The notes beneath the pieces were generated by a model. That model saw only the letters and a program-made list of their open reading frames with translations. It searched no databases and was not told the DNA's origin. A stretch of 62,509 nucleotides of DNA from Candidatus Omnitrophota bacterium (lineage in GTDB: Bacteria; Omnitrophota; Gorgyraeia; Gygaellales; Profunditerraquicolaceae): contig WOZK01000007.1 of NCBI GenBank assembly GCA_011620275.1, positions 1 to 62,509 on the forward strand, read 5' to 3'. Shown one piece after another: positions 61,656-62,509 of the stretch (position 1 is the first letter of the stretch; each line of letters starts with the position of its first letter). The translations under genes and the position numbers were made by a program.

Positions 61656-62417
61656 ATGTTCAGGGTATTGATGGAGAGATTACGGCAGGGATACCGCACG
61701 CTGCCTTTTCCCGCGCGGGAAGATTCTTTACCGGAACGGTTCCGCGGCATGCCGGTCGTGGATTCTTTGCGCTGCGCCGGCGATTGCAATGACTGCGCCG
61801 CCGTTTGTCCTTCCGGGGCCATTCTGCGGAGCGGGCGGAGCATACTTCTGGATCTCGGTAAATGTGTATTTTGTTCTTCCTGCTTGGCGGCCTGCGGTCG
61901 CAACGGCGTTCATTTCTCCCGCGACTACCGTCTCGCGGCTTTTTCCAGGGAGGCGTTGATATTGGGGAAAGAAGGCGTATTATCCGGGGAAGGCGTTGCG
62001 CGCAAAGAAATAAAGCGTGTTTTCGGACGCTCTCTTAAATTAAGGCAGATAAGCGCCGGAGGGTGCAATGCCTGCGAAGCGGACGTTAACGTTTTGAACA
62101 CCCTCGCATATGACCTCGGCAGGTTCGGCATACAATTCACGGCTTCTCCCAGGCATGCCGACGGCCTTTTGGTGACCGGTCCGGTAAGCGTTAATATGCG
62201 TTTCGCCCTTCTTGAGACATACGCGGCAATCCCTGAACCCAGGGTAGTCATCGCCTGCGGAGCATGCGCTATTTCCGGAGGCATCTACAACGGGCATCCG
62301 GAAACCTGCGGCGGAGTGTCCTCTATCCTTCCGGTAGATCTTTTTATACCGGGATGTCCGCCTCATCCATACACAATACTTGACGGCCTGCTGCGTCTCA
62401 TCGGCCGCATAAAATAA
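61656..62417 (+). CDS. Ehr small subunit (ferredoxin fused to a NuoB/HyfI-like domain)
   Basis: CAGDCNDCAAVCP, CVFCSSCLAAC, GGCNACE, SPRHAD, GACA, PGCPP. Confidence 0.9.
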   Translation: MFRVLMERLRQGYRTLPFPAREDSLPERFRGMPVVDSLRCAGDCNDCAAVCPSGAILRSGRSILLDLGKCVFCSSCLAACGRNGVHFSRDYRLAAFSREALILGKEGVLSGEGVARKEIKRVFGRSLKLRQISAGGCNACEADVNVLNTLAYDLGRFGIQFTASPRHADGLLVTGPVSVNMRFALLETYAAIPEPRVVIACGACAISGGIYNGHPETCGGVSSILPVDLFIPGCPPHPYTILDGLLRLIGRIK

Positions 62418-62509
62418 CCCGGTCCGGCACGACACCCCGCTTTTACGCTTTTATTAGTGGAGTTTCCCCAAAATTTCCCTTTGATTTTCTGTAACTGATG
62501 TAAATAGAT

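Noticed and set aside
55139-62417. Functional group 4 NiFe hydrogenase
   Set aside because: The large subunit lacks both metal-binding CxxC motifs
62458-62509. Possible IS3-like left end (TGGAGTTTCCCC..) at the window end
   Set aside because: Too little sequence; no partner end or transposase visible

Overview
A 62.5 kb bacterial window from a Gram-negative organism (heptose epimerase, outer-membrane beta-barrels). Gene style suggests an uncultured anaerobe, possibly Omnitrophota/PVC-like, but that is inference. The first ~15 kb looks more AT-rich and partly decayed. It holds an IS630 end, an autotransporter fragment, an ABC-2 exporter, an IS4 remnant, TetR, glgX-treY-treZ-mscS, a yggT pseudogene, hflKC and a frameshifted AAA ATPase. 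The rest carries: a DtxR/MntR regulator plus permease with three operator boxes; a run of small accessory genes; two-component genes; zur-znuACB; speD-speE-saccharopine dehydrogenase-SET; CIRCE-groESL; surE; a carbamoyltransferase/SGNH-TPR surface-modification cassette; a 182-bp MITE; a nikR-ECF nickel operon interrupted by hldD; xfp; larE; and a nickel-less Hyf/Ehr complex led by an HTH-PTS IIA regulator. The top finding is ORF 20654-21439. By eye it aligns end to end with bacterial gasdermins, yet it carries a lipoprotein signal peptide whose lipobox Cys coincides with the normally palmitoylated N-terminal gasdermin Cys. It is paired with a 4-TM gene and has no cognate protease nearby, so it is a candidate exported, lipid-anchored gasdermin system. 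All family calls come from manual motif recognition; no searches were run.
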